64,000 nucleotides of DNA. Source: Nematocida ausubeli (Eukaryota). A program made the translations under genes and the position numbers. Below, one piece after another: positions 51,121-62,615 of the stretch; position 1 is the stretch's first letter, and the number at the start of each line of letters is the position of its first letter. The DNA lies in assembly GCF_000738915.1 (NCBI RefSeq), contig NW_026515636.1:273175-337174 (forward strand), given 5' to 3'. Below the pieces are notes generated by a model. It ran no database searches, had not been told where the DNA came from, and saw nothing but the letters and a program-made list of their open reading frames with translations.

Positions 51121-52872
51121 ATGAATAATTATATACTTAATGAAATAATTGAATCCGGCACTACAAGCACAGTATATAAAGCACACAATGTACTGAATAA
51201 TAAAGTGGTTGCAATTAAGATAATAAACAGGAATAAGATAGGAATAGAAAAGAAGGTGCAAAGAGAGAATAGAATACTAAGAGAAGTACTAATATCTTAT
51301 CTACTATCACATCCTAATATATTGAAGTTGGAAGAGTTCAAATACACCAAGGACCACTTCTACTTAATATTCAAGTACATCAAGGGAAACCAGTTGCTTA
51401 ACGAAATAATTAAATATAAAGTACTCTCGGAGGATAAAGCAAGAAAGTACTTTATACAGATACTTGATGCACTAAATTATATCCACAATAATAATATAGT
51501 GCATAGGGATATAAAGATAGAGAATATATTGATAGATCAGAACGATAATGCAATATTAATTGACTTTGGACTATCCAATATATACGAGCAAAATAAGTAC
51601 TTGAATACATTCTGTGGGTCATTATACTTTGCAGCCCCTGAGTTATTGTCTGGGCATAACTACATTGGTCCAGAAGTGGATGTGTATAGCTTGGGGGTTG
51701 TATTGTATGTCATGGTGGTTGGGTGTGTGCCTTATGATGACAAGAACATAAGTAACCTATACAATAAGATAATGAATAATAAGGTAAGAATGGATGGAGT
51801 AAGTGACAAGCTGCGTGTCCTGTTGTGTGGTATGCTTGATAAGAATGGGGGTAATAGGATGAGTATCCGGAAGATATACGAAAGTGAGTGGGTTAAGGAA
51901 GGCTTATCTGAGTTTGGTCTAATGGGTGATCCAAGAGTAGAATTAGCTAATACTGTGGCTAATGTGGTGACTAGTACTGTTGCTAGTGTAGTAACTAGCA
52001 CTGTGGCTGGTGCTGTGGCTACTGGTGAAGTAGTGAATAGCGTAGATGCAGTGATGCCTAAGAATACAATAATGCCGCATACCCATGGAATAAAAGACAC
52101 CAATGCAGTGCCCAGTATAATACAGTCTACTAAACAGAGTAGTCGGCCCAAGAAGAAGACAAATAATCCATACAACCACAGTAGACCAATGACTACTGCA
52201 ATACCGAATAAGAAAAGCATACCCAACAATACTGCAGAAGTACCACGGCCTGTGAATGTGCCCATGGGCAACCCACTTCCTATGGCAGTGAACAGTGGGG
52301 TGGCGTCTGCTGCTCCTGTTATAATTAACAGAAATAATGACATGGACGAAAAGGTCTATGACTACATTAACTTCTTGTTTGGAGGACAGTTTAAACAAGC
52401 AGATGGTTCTTATAATAGAAGCATATACAACATATACAAACTATTTAATAAGATCAGGATAACACATAATAAGAATAGGATGGATGCCATAATAGAGTTT
52501 ATATCAGAAGAGAAGGTAAAGGTAAATAGGTCATTGGTAAAATATCTGAATGGGTACAAGATAAAAAAGAACGTTCTGTTGTGTTCTTTAGATAAAGTAA
52601 TTAATGAGCTGGGTATACGGTTTATTATAAGTTCTGGTAAGTACTTTTGCCAGCTAGGGGATGATAGCTTTATCCTGGTGGTTGGCCAGAACATGATTAC
52701 ACAAAGGGTTTCATTTGAGGTGAAGAGGGTGAAAACTAAAGAGAGTATACTATCCAAGATGAAAATGAAGATGAAAAATTGGAAGAAAAAGGATGAGGAT
52801 AATATCAAGCATATTAAGGATGTCATTAAGGGTAAGTTGAATGATATAATATCTGCGGATAAGATAAAGTAA
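51121..52872 (+). CDS. Kin1/MARK/SNF1-family Ser/Thr protein kinase (upstream in-frame ATG at 51028)
   Basis: VAIKII, HRDIKIENIL, DFGLSN, TFCGSLYFAAPELL, YIGPEVDVYSLGVVLY; low-complexity linker and KA1-like tail. Confidence 0.92.
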   Translation: MNNYILNEIIESGTTSTVYKAHNVLNNKVVAIKIINRNKIGIEKKVQRENRILREVLISYLLSHPNILKLEEFKYTKDHFYLIFKYIKGNQLLNEIIKYKVLSEDKARKYFIQILDALNYIHNNNIVHRDIKIENILIDQNDNAILIDFGLSNIYEQNKYLNTFCGSLYFAAPELLSGHNYIGPEVDVYSLGVVLYVMVVGCVPYDDKNISNLYNKIMNNKVRMDGVSDKLRVLLCGMLDKNGGNRMSIRKIYESEWVKEGLSEFGLMGDPRVELANTVANVVTSTVASVVTSTVAGAVATGEVVNSVDAVMPKNTIMPHTHGIKDTNAVPSIIQSTKQSSRPKKKTNNPYNHSRPMTTAIPNKKSIPNNTAEVPRPVNVPMGNPLPMAVNSGVASAAPVIINRNNDMDEKVYDYINFLFGGQFKQADGSYNRSIYNIYKLFNKIRITHNKNRMDAIIEFISEEKVKVNRSLVKYLNGYKIKKNVLLCSLDKVINELGIRFIISSGKYFCQLGDDSFILVVGQNMITQRVSFEVKRVKTKESILSKMKMKMKNWKKKDEDNIKHIKDVIKGKLNDIISADKIK

Positions 52873-53079
52873 TAAATTAATTGAGTAGATCTTTTGTGGT
52901 TATGGTGCTACTATGCTGTAAGAATGTTCATGTGTTAATGGAGCCTGGATTCGTTTGGTGTATTATATTGCTGTGGGTGTGGTTTGTGTGGGATAGTGGT
53001 ATACAGCAGCGTGGGCTTATTTCAATCCTTTCATGCACTTTTTATTCGCATATAAAAATAAAGTCTATTACACTTGGCG

Positions 53080-53185
53080 CATAAATATAAAAAGTAGAAA
53101 GGTTTATTTCTGATAAAAAAAGAGAAGAGAACAGGAAAATCAGAAAAGTAGCATATTCCAGAGAACCAAATGCGCATTGTTTAGA
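53080..53185 (-). repeat. conserved non-coding element, diverged inverted copy 3
   Basis: Reverse complement reads TGGTTCTCTGGAATATGCTACTTTTCTGATTTTCCTGTTCTCTTCTC...CTTTTTATATTTAT. Confidence 0.75.
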
Positions 53186-54513
53186 CGGAGAATGGCTTGA
53201 CATGTAGAACAAGCAGATTGTGAGTGATATAAAAAGAATCGATTCTCTTTGTGAGAGCTCTTTATTATGGGTTTATACATATTCTTCTTTTAAAGAAGTT
53301 TATGTGCTAGTTATTTTTACTAACTGCTATGTAATATACAAGAGAATATGCAAAATGCAGCACATGGAAAATACAAAAAAATACGACTTCAAACATATAG
53401 ACTTATCAGCGCGCTGCCATAAGACATCCGCAGCCACATACTAACAAAATTCGGGTTATAAGCACACTTTATTTCAGACTAGCACTTTCAGACTAGTATG
53501 AGACAATACTCCCTTTGGATGTATAATAATATCTATAAAGTGTTTTCTATACAACCAATGCGTAGATGTAACGTTCTCAATTAGTCTCATAGATCTTTCT
53601 GCAGGATACTATTTGGTAGCTATTATTATTGTACAGAGGTAATAAAAATCGCTGTGTCATTGGATATATATTAAGTCGATATTTCTGCCTTTAGCAGAGA
53701 ATGTAGTACAGAGTTTTATATGAAGCAGCTGTGCAGAGCCCCTTATTCAAATATAGAAAATATTAAATCCCCTTAATGGAATAGAGCGGCATCTTTTTGA
53801 AGTTCTCCTTGAGACATGTATTTTTCTTTTCTAATTGGCAGCCTCCTTGCATAGGAGATGTTTTAATAAATTATTCTTCAAGTAGAAAACTATGTGCATA
53901 TAAGCAATAAGACTTTCTTTAGCTATGGCTTAAAAGTAAATTTAAAAGGCTATAGCTATGCAGAAGCGATAAACAAAAAGGCACTAGACTTCTTACGCGC
54001 AGATGAGGCTGTAGAAAACATTCGGGTTATATGTACTTATATTAAATGCATATATTCTGTGCTTCCAAATCATTTAGACATTAATAGGATATTTATGCAT
54101 ATTTGTATGAAATAATACAAAATAAAATCAGCATGTAAAAAACAATTGCAATGACAGAAAGAGGGCAATGTGCCAGCAAGGTGATAGTAGTTTAGAATAA
54201 ATAGAGTTGTTGACAGGAGAGTTTTATTTGCATATTTTTGCAGAAGCCTGTATGTACTGCGGCTGTTTGTCTTTGTACTTGGGATTTCTTATTGTTGAAA
54301 TGTGCCACTATTTTAATATTCTCATATGATCATATAGCGTCTTTCTGATTGGTAGATTTTCTGGAATTATTTACCTTTGTGTAAGAGATATCATGGGATC
54401 TGGTTTGAGAAGTGTGCATTTTGCCATAACAGCCTTGAAAATATCTACGCTTATTTCTTCTTTTTACTTATCAGCAAGTATTTAATTAAAAAAATTCTTA
54501 TAGAAATTAAGAT

Positions 54514-57207
54514 ATGTATAACAAAAGCGAACAAAGGGCACATGCCTATTTATACAGCAAGAGGTTTAAACCTCCAATGGGATGTAGTGCATCTTCTAAA
54601 TATTGTAGATTTAAAGGCAATAGAAACACCTATATAGTGCTATTTACGAATATATTTTGTATAGTTGCCTTTTTGGCGTTGCAACAGGTGACTTTTGCAG
54701 CAATGAAAATTAGCGAGGTGGACGAGGTGATGAAAGAAGTGGTGTATACGAGCGGAACGACAGAGTGGACGGTTAAACCCAATGGGCCGGTTAGCCCGAT
54801 CATGTTTTATCTACGTGACAAAAACATTGATGCTTTTTCAATTCGACTTATTTCCCCTAACATAAATCTATATTATAGTATGCTAGACAAAAATAGCAAT
54901 ACATGCTTCAAAAGAAATTCAGCCAAAGACAGCGTATATTTAAAGGATAAAGATGGAAAAAAAGTGCTAAAAGAGATCATAGACCACTATAGTGCGCTGC
55001 TTGACATGTTTCCCTCACCCGAAAACAAAATAAGCATCTTCCCTAAAGAAGGCTGCACAGACTCTTTTACTCTATTCTTGAAGAGCGATCCTGTGAAAAA
55101 ATATGCCAACACAATTCTTGCAGCACTTCTTCTTATGGCGGAGAAAATAGATGTGCCGCTGTCACTTGAGGAAGTTGATGGGCGGCTGGAAAAGCTTGTA
55201 TGGAAGGGCGGGGCAGATTGTAGTGAGCACTTTTCTCTTGATATGTTTATGGATTCTTGCCAGTATTTATACAGCAAGAACTGCAAGAGGCTAAGACGTA
55301 ATAAGAAATATCAAGAGAAGGCAGTAAACACTATTCAGTATTTCATTGGCCTAAAGCAGGCTGAAGTATTCTTGCATGAAATGGAGGTAAAAAGCATATA
55401 TAGCATTGAGCACTGGATAGATGATATTTTAGGCAGGGAGAGCTGGCTTATACAGTTATATATCATCTTCTATATAGAAACCCCAGAAGATGCAAAAAAC
55501 TTCAACAGAACACTATACATAATGCTGGATAGATGCATAGAACTAAATAAAGAGAAGAATGTAGACATGGAAAGTAGGCGAGCCACGAAGTTTTTTAAGA
55601 GGTGTTTTGCTCGGAGCGATAGAGATTCAGAAACAGTTATCTATTGGGAAAATTTAAAAGAACTAAAGAGAATTACTACACCTATAAAAAACGTTAAATT
55701 GCTTCCCTTTACAGATCCCGCAATGTTCCCTATTAAAAAGCGAGCTATGTTGCATTTGTATAGGAATATCTATTTTTCACAGGATGTGTTCTTGACCGAT
55801 CTGGAGTCTGCCTTGCATGGAATATTTTGCTGCTTTGCATATGACTCAAATAGCGATGTGTATCGAGTTGACCACATCCCAAATGTATTAGAAGAGGTGA
55901 AGAACTTCTTCCCCATGCCTTTCGACTACTTTAAGTATGTTTATGATAGGCCATACAATGCAAATTATAGTTCTTCTAGCCATAATCTTTTTTCATCCAA
56001 TCCAGACAGTGTAGCTCCAGGAAAGAAAACACCCGAAGGTGTTTATCCCCAATGGAAAAAAATGATTAAGGATATAAAGATTAAGGATATAGAATACATG
56101 TCCAAGAATAGTAAGATTATCAAGTCAGGCCTTCTCAACATGCTTACTATAATTGTAACACTTGCAGGAAGATATAATGGAGAAGACAAGAAGAAAATAC
56201 AAGACTTTAGAAATAAAGTAAAAGGTATGGAGAATGCCATTACCAATGCCATGCCACTGGATCTTCTAACTGATTTAGAGACTTATATATCGAATTTGTT
56301 TACATCTCTTTCCAGAGACTGTGTGGCATGCAGAAGCATGCCAATATGGTATGAAGACCCTCTGTATCTTGGGGAAAAAAGACAAGTATTTGTAAAATTC
56401 ATAGTACTTGGAGAATACAAAGCCAAAAGCGCATCGGATTTGTGTGGGAATTTAGAAATATATTATGCACACGATAGACAGGCAAAGCCTATAATAGTTC
56501 ACTTAATGAATGTTAAAACTGCCTACCTAGAGCTCGGCATGCCGATTATAAAGCTATGTATAACAAATGAAAAAGAGCGCCACTTGAGAAATAGCATAGA
56601 TAAAATACCGCTTGATAATATGGTTTGCTATTGTATTTTTGCATATGCCAGAAACATAAAACAGTATATCACAGATAGTATAATACTTGATTTGTATATG
56701 CGCAAATTTGAAAATAATGGTGTCTCACAGATGAGGCTTGCCTGCATAACCGCTCAACCATACCAATATCTCAGCACGCAATCCTATACTATAATTGAGT
56801 TTGTCAAAAATAATTCATGCCGAGGCATATTGCTAATAGAGGGATTTAACTATTCTGATCTGCGCAGTTTAGGCAATTTAATAATACTTAATAGATTAAA
56901 TAACTTAGATGCCCAGTTACTTTTGATTATTTGCATAGGCTGCAGAAAATCGCATGTGCAAAACAGCTTGAAAAGTATAGAGAAAGTCTCCCGAAAATAT
57001 ACTGGAGTGTATCGAGATGATATATCTGAACATACCATAGCAGAAACAGTTAAATGTCTGGTAAAGAAAGGCCTCTATGTGGACAGTGCAAATGTAATAG
57101 CAGCGTATACCCAGATATTTGCTCATCGTGATGCAAAATGCGCAAGTAAAATATTCAAACTGCTATCTTATAGTGTGAAATCAAAAGTATCTGTTTATTT
57201 TAAATAG
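54514..57207 (+). CDS. divergent NemLGF-like large-gene-family protein
   Basis: Hydrophobic segment at aa ~40-62; VKPNGPVSP, LLDMFPSPENKISI, ILAALLLMAEKIDVPL, IFCCFAYD and SGLLNMLTII shared with paralogues. Confidence 0.8.
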   Translation: MYNKSEQRAHAYLYSKRFKPPMGCSASSKYCRFKGNRNTYIVLFTNIFCIVAFLALQQVTFAAMKISEVDEVMKEVVYTSGTTEWTVKPNGPVSPIMFYLRDKNIDAFSIRLISPNINLYYSMLDKNSNTCFKRNSAKDSVYLKDKDGKKVLKEIIDHYSALLDMFPSPENKISIFPKEGCTDSFTLFLKSDPVKKYANTILAALLLMAEKIDVPLSLEEVDGRLEKLVWKGGADCSEHFSLDMFMDSCQYLYSKNCKRLRRNKKYQEKAVNTIQYFIGLKQAEVFLHEMEVKSIYSIEHWIDDILGRESWLIQLYIIFYIETPEDAKNFNRTLYIMLDRCIELNKEKNVDMESRRATKFFKRCFARSDRDSETVIYWENLKELKRITTPIKNVKLLPFTDPAMFPIKKRAMLHLYRNIYFSQDVFLTDLESALHGIFCCFAYDSNSDVYRVDHIPNVLEEVKNFFPMPFDYFKYVYDRPYNANYSSSSHNLFSSNPDSVAPGKKTPEGVYPQWKKMIKDIKIKDIEYMSKNSKIIKSGLLNMLTIIVTLAGRYNGEDKKKIQDFRNKVKGMENAITNAMPLDLLTDLETYISNLFTSLSRDCVACRSMPIWYEDPLYLGEKRQVFVKFIVLGEYKAKSASDLCGNLEIYYAHDRQAKPIIVHLMNVKTAYLELGMPIIKLCITNEKERHLRNSIDKIPLDNMVCYCIFAYARNIKQYITDSIILDLYMRKFENNGVSQMRLACITAQPYQYLSTQSYTIIEFVKNNSCRGILLIEGFNYSDLRSLGNLIILNRLNNLDAQLLLIICIGCRKSHVQNSLKSIEKVSRKYTGVYRDDISEHTIAETVKCLVKKGLYVDSANVIAAYTQIFAHRDAKCASKIFKLLSYSVKSKVSVYFK

Positions 57208-58201
57208 TCTGTAGAGGAATCCAAAAATAATGCTAATGTGCATAGCAATAATATAGATGGATTGGTAAATAAGTGGTGTGCAAAAATCGATACCTCTTTT
57301 TAGACTCTATACAGGCACAGCAAAATCTGAACAAAAGCAGCAGCGAAGCATATTTTAATCAGATGAATAAAAACTATTTGTTTAGCAAGATATTATCCTA
57401 TTGTGCTACTATTTCTGAGCTAGGAACCTTTTGCCTATATGGCACATCACTTTGTGTGTAATCTACGTACTGAAGTCTTCTTAAAGCACTATTTCTACTT
57501 ATATTGGGTCTAGCCACTTGTTTAAACTTCGTACTGCTATATAAGAAAGTTGAAAACATTTAACAGACCAGAATAGGAGCAAGGAATTTGGATAATATTT
57601 AACTTACCCTTCTGGATGCATTTCTAGAGACAGCAAACATAAAAGTGTTTCGTATGCGTGCTTTTAGGTGCAGATGGCCTGACAGAATTCATTTAATTGA
57701 TTATATAATTAACTGAGTAAGCAGGCCATGCCATGGTGGTAAATTGAAGGTTTTAAATAATTTAAGTTTTAAATAAACTGGCAGGTTTACTAACAGAGCT
57801 CTATAAGAAAGCATATTAGGCGATAAATGCAGCGCAGCCTTGTAGTCACTGCATATATAGCTTAATTTTGCTGTATATAAATTGAATGATTAAGCTAACT
57901 GCTGCTTCAGAAGATATTTGCCTAGATACAACAAGCCTACATCGGTGCTTTTAGTGAATATTTACCTGAAATACTTTTATTTTGCAAGCGGAACACTTTA
58001 GAAATTGATAAGTCTGTGCCTGTTGGCTGCAGAACCAGCTGAACGTATATCTTGTATTTATTCCGAGTTTCAAAGCAAGTAATAACCTGCTTGTGGCCAC
58101 CTACCTATAATAGGATTATTCATCAGTAACCATATGAATACCACTTTCTGAGAAGGCTGAAAGACAGCCGGACCATTGCATAATAAAGACACAGCAAATA
58201 A

Positions 58202-58957
58202 CTAGTATGCAATATCTTCTGCATACTCAGTTGTCCATAAGGAAAGATTATCCCGTAATAACTGCATAATAAGAGTAGAATCCTTGTAGCTTTCCTCGGT
58301 TAATGAGTCCAGCTCGGAAATTGCTTCGTCAAATGCCTTCTTGCCCATTTCTATTGCTCGAGTTCTTTCGTTCAGTATTTCAAAGCAAAAGACAGAATAG
58401 TTTAAATATAGCCCTAGGCGGGTTGGATTTGTTGGCGGCAGGCTTGCATTGGCTATTTCCATTGCACTCTGGTATGCATCGTGCGCCTGCTGAGATACCT
58501 CTACTAGATATCCCTCCGTTGCTATTTCTGCCTTGTACCTAAGATAGTCGCCTTTCATTTTTAGGAAAAACACTTGCGAGTCCTTTGCAGTGTCTTGGAC
58601 CAAGTACGAGTCTAGTAATGAGAGTAGGTCATCGCAGATATCATTCAATTCCCTCTCTACTGTCTTAATATAATCCATGACTATCTGCACGTTCTTCTCG
58701 CTCGCTGCGTCATTTGAATTTTGCTCTGCCAATTTGCACTCCTGTAAGGATTTGCTGAGTATTCTCCAGGACGTCCTTCTTACACCCACTTGGTTTTTGT
58801 ATGCCACGGAAAGCATATTCCTCTCCTCTATGCCGATGCTTTTTCCCATGGAACTAGCATACTTGACTGCTGCCTTCATGCACTCTACCATCTGCTTGAA
58901 CCTCTCTGCTTTTTCACTTAGTTTTGCCCTGTACACACACTCTTCATAAGTTTCCAT
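58202..58957 (-). CDS. 14-3-3 protein
   Basis: EERNMLSVAYKN, KMKGDYLRY, PTNPTRLGLYLNYSVF, SYKDSTLIMQLLRDNLSLW. Confidence 0.97.
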   Translation of the reverse strand: METYEECVYRAKLSEKAERFKQMVECMKAAVKYASSMGKSIGIEERNMLSVAYKNQVGVRRTSWRILSKSLQECKLAEQNSNDAASEKNVQIVMDYIKTVERELNDICDDLLSLLDSYLVQDTAKDSQVFFLKMKGDYLRYKAEIATEGYLVEVSQQAHDAYQSAMEIANASLPPTNPTRLGLYLNYSVFCFEILNERTRAIEMGKKAFDEAISELDSLTEESYKDSTLIMQLLRDNLSLWTTEYAEDIAY

Positions 58958-58993
58958 TCAATAAGTAAAAATTAATTTGCGCCGCGTATTTAA

Positions 58994-59773
58994 ATGTTTA
59001 AGGATCTGGAGGAAATGAAAAAATCCGATGGCTCAACAAGAAACCTGGGAAAACGTCTGCGCAGTACCAATTTACTCTTGGGGATTATCACATCCGTATA
59101 CGGAAACCTGGATATAGGAAAGCCGTATAGACTGCGATCCCTCAATCTATTTGAGTTTCTGAGCCGATTTTATCATTTAACTCACGTTGGGCTTCTGCTT
59201 ACAACTGTCACTCTGTGCATGGGCCTTGTACACAAAAGCAACTCCTGCCCTGGGCAGTCTAGTCCCAGAGGTTCTTTTCTGCTATATAACATATATCTGT
59301 ATATGCTGGCTCTTACCATTGCTGTAGAAACATTCATTCCAGTTACATTCTGGGTGCTCTGGCATATTGATAAGTCTCTTGTTGTAAATACAGCATCATA
59401 CGTTGGAAATGATAGCATTTCTTTCTTCTTCAACTTGTGCATGCACGGGCTGCCGACTATCTTTCTTCTTGTAGAATTTTTCTGCATTGAGTTTTTCAAT
59501 ACCCCCGGGCACTATGCCTTGATATTCGGGTTCTTCATAGGATATTTACTTACAATGTATTTATGCTATGTAGTAAATGGATACTGGCCATATGGAGTGG
59601 TTACCATGGTAAGCGGAGTCAATAGAATTGGCTTTTTTGCTGTTTGTTTCCTTTCCATATGCTTTATGTACTATTCTCTCATAGTTTTAAATAGAATTAT
59701 CTGGAGGAAGAAAAAAGAGTTTTCCAGCAGAGGCGCAACTGGAGAAAGTGACCCAAGTGCCAAGAAAAGGTGA
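58994..59773 (+). CDS. FAR-17a/AIG1/ADTRP-like membrane hydrolase
   Basis: FYHLTHVGL (Thr), FWVLWHIDKSLV, LCMHGLP (His), GYWPYG. Confidence 0.85.
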   Translation: MFKDLEEMKKSDGSTRNLGKRLRSTNLLLGIITSVYGNLDIGKPYRLRSLNLFEFLSRFYHLTHVGLLLTTVTLCMGLVHKSNSCPGQSSPRGSFLLYNIYLYMLALTIAVETFIPVTFWVLWHIDKSLVVNTASYVGNDSISFFFNLCMHGLPTIFLLVEFFCIEFFNTPGHYALIFGFFIGYLLTMYLCYVVNGYWPYGVVTMVSGVNRIGFFAVCFLSICFMYYSLIVLNRIIWRKKKEFSSRGATGESDPSAKKR

Positions 59774-60223
59774 CTTATAGACACACAGAGTAATAAAAGT
59801 TAATTATCTGTGATATTTGCGGCATCTAATTCTTCGATTGTTCATATTCAAAAACCTAATAAACTGTAAATATACGCGTTAGGACCAGCCAAACAGTACT
59901 AAGCATAGTTGAGCTATATCTAGATTGATTAAGAACTAGAGTATATGCTGCTTCTATAAATAAAAAATACAAATAGCACACTTCGTTATTAAGCATAGAC
60001 TAAAAAGGCAAGTGCCAGAACTACACAAATAGCTGTATATGTTCTATGTGTTTAACGTACAAAAATAGACAAAATGTCGCAATATAACCCGAAACTCTGC
60101 ATGACAGTTCTATTGTGTATTTGGCTTTGTTTGTCTATCATAAGATTATGAGATATGAATATATTCTTATAAACACAGATACATGCTAATAAGAAAACTT
60201 TACATTTTTCATTTTATTTTTGC

Positions 60224-60910
60224 ATGGAAACGCACCAATCAAATAGAAAACTTTCTAACCATTTATCTTTGATAAATTCTGTAGCATCTGGGGTGGGGAT
60301 AGCTACTACTGTATATGGGAATTTGGATGTCGCATGCAACAACTACTTTAATGTGGATCTGGCTATTAACCCAAAGAAGTTCTTCTTTGTGACAAACTCA
60401 ACGCTTCTGTTCAGTTTTTTTGCATTTTGCATGTCGATTACTGTGCCGCATATTAGTAATAATAAGATGCACACTCTGTCAGCCCATCTTACATCTACTA
60501 TTTTGACAGCCGAACTCTTAATTTCCATTATCTTTTGGCCCATATTCCGGTACAACCCAAATCTAGTCTTTCCAAAGTCATCTATATACGGGCCTAGGAG
60601 GATTTCCATGTTTGCCAATCTGTGCATGCATGCATTTCCTTGTGTGCTTCTATTTATTACATACATTGCAAATAAGGCCACACATAAACCATCTATTGCA
60701 TGGAGTGCTTTGTACATATCATACATTGTTACGATATCATATATATATTACTATACTTATGGACACTGGAGATACAGAATAATGGACAAGATATCTAACT
60801 ATGTCCCTCTGTTCTTCCTATTCCTTGGTGTTCTATTCTGGATAACACATAAAAAGCTGTACTGGATAAAAGTAAAAGTGTACAGCCACTATCAAATAGA
60901 CAAATGGTAA
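60224..60910 (+). CDS. FAR-17a/AIG1-like membrane hydrolase, paralogue 2
   Basis: VYGNLD, FFFVTNSTL, FWPIFRYNPNLV, NLCMHAFP, GHWRY. Confidence 0.85.
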   Translation: METHQSNRKLSNHLSLINSVASGVGIATTVYGNLDVACNNYFNVDLAINPKKFFFVTNSTLLFSFFAFCMSITVPHISNNKMHTLSAHLTSTILTAELLISIIFWPIFRYNPNLVFPKSSIYGPRRISMFANLCMHAFPCVLLFITYIANKATHKPSIAWSALYISYIVTISYIYYYTYGHWRYRIMDKISNYVPLFFLFLGVLFWITHKKLYWIKVKVYSHYQIDKW

Positions 60911-61424
60911 AAGAGGTCTATCACAAAGCCATCACATGCCTAGAAATAGCTAAATATTGCTCAGAGCGTAGAAATGGCAGTTTGGCATGCTAGAAAACTA
61001 TTCTACTATTATAGATGGGGTATAAGCCCTCGAAATTACAATATACAGAGTGTATTAGGAGAATCCTTCTACACACAAAATGGCCTTGTTTAGGATATGT
61101 TACTTGAGAGCTTTCTTGGAGTATTTCTTCTATGTGCAGTACCGCACTTTTAGAATTTTTAGCACTGGAGTTTATAGTAGATTCTTATGGTTAAGAAGCT
61201 TATTTTTTTGCTTAAATGTTCCTGCAGCTAACTATAAAAGTTGCGCAGAGAACTTTCATTTAACATAGTCAAAAGGTCGAATAGATAAATCTGAAACAAC
61301 TCTTAATTATATGGCTTTCTTATAAATAAAACCTGTTGTATTTTAGTGATTAATTGGATGATTCATAAAAGAAGTTGTTGGTGCTTAAAAAGTATGTATA
61401 CACGCATCACATAATTTGAATTTA

Positions 61425-62615
61425 ATGGGCTCTGAGATTAATGTCAGAAATTCGCGGCAGTTTGATAGACTTTCCAAGATAGTTAGTGAGGAAGAGAAAG
61501 CACAGCAAGAAGATAGATGGAAGAGCACAAAGAGGTGGCTGGTCGACAATAAGCATTGCATTACCACTGCAGTGCTTCTACTTATCTGCTTGGGCTTGAA
61601 TTTGGATAAAAATATGAATCCAAACTCGTTTCTCCCCTGCAAGTTTTTTAGCATTACACTACTGAAGTATGGCATACTTGCAAATCTAAACTTGCTCACA
61701 ACAATAATAACACTTTTCTTCTCGCTACTTCATAAAAGCCTTATTGAGAATATGTATCTTACAACATTAATAATTTCAACGATTAATGGTATTTCTAATA
61801 GTCTGGATCGCAGCATGCGGTTCTTTCTTGCAAATAAAGATACAAAGGAAGCGTGGTATACCGGAATTATTCAGTCTCTGTACAAAACGCTATCTGAATA
61901 CACAACTAATGAAGAAAGAGCTGACCAGATCACAGGGGTTATAGAAAACTCTGTAATCTTTTCTTTAGAAAAGGCCCGGATTATCTTAATATGGATAAGC
62001 CTGTTCTTTAATGCTATATCGCTATTTTCTTATATTTACTTCTCTTTCTATGGAATCGGTCTTATTATTGGAAATTTTCATCTTCTTCCAGTATATACAA
62101 GCTATACATATAACATTATCATGCGTGTTATTCCGTTCATTGCTATTATATATGATCGGATTTCATTTACGCGTAGAAAAAACAACATTTACTACAGTAA
62201 CTACATGTACTACATGTCACTAGTTATGTATGTGCTTGTTTTGGTAGTAATTAACATTATAGCAAAGCTATCTGAAAACATCTGGCTATATAGTTTCTTT
62301 GATAACATTTCTATATCTGTTTTTTCGCTGTATGCGGTGCCTGGCATTATTACAGCAGCAATCTCTTTTTTCATCATTTTTCTGGTTAATTTGCTTTATA
62401 AAGGAAGGATAGTTGCTATTTATGATAATATAATGCAAAACGGAATTGAGGCATATTGCAAAAACTCGGTTGGGGTTATCAACACAATGCTAAGCATTCT
62501 ATGTGCTTGCATAGTTATGCTGTGCATGTACAAGCTGTCTTTTTTACTATGTGTATTCACCCCAGGAGCTCTAGCAGCCTTTGGCATAAAAAGCTTTGAT
62601 ACTGTAAAACTCTAA
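61425..62615 (+). CDS. multi-pass membrane protein, probable divergent FAR-17a/AIG1 paralogue 3
   Basis: LGLNLD, GILANLNLL, NIIMRVIPF and NIWLYSFFD occur in the same order as the motifs of the two neighbours. Confidence 0.6.
   Translation: MGSEINVRNSRQFDRLSKIVSEEEKAQQEDRWKSTKRWLVDNKHCITTAVLLLICLGLNLDKNMNPNSFLPCKFFSITLLKYGILANLNLLTTIITLFFSLLHKSLIENMYLTTLIISTINGISNSLDRSMRFFLANKDTKEAWYTGIIQSLYKTLSEYTTNEERADQITGVIENSVIFSLEKARIILIWISLFFNAISLFSYIYFSFYGIGLIIGNFHLLPVYTSYTYNIIMRVIPFIAIIYDRISFTRRKNNIYYSNYMYYMSLVMYVLVLVVINIIAKLSENIWLYSFFDNISISVFSLYAVPGIITAAISFFIIFLVNLLYKGRIVAIYDNIMQNGIEAYCKNSVGVINTMLSILCACIVMLCMYKLSFLLCVFTPGALAAFGIKSFDTVKL

Noticed and set aside
57208..57461. Possible read-through continuation of the 54514 LGF gene
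   Set aside because: Several further stops and no recognisable family motif
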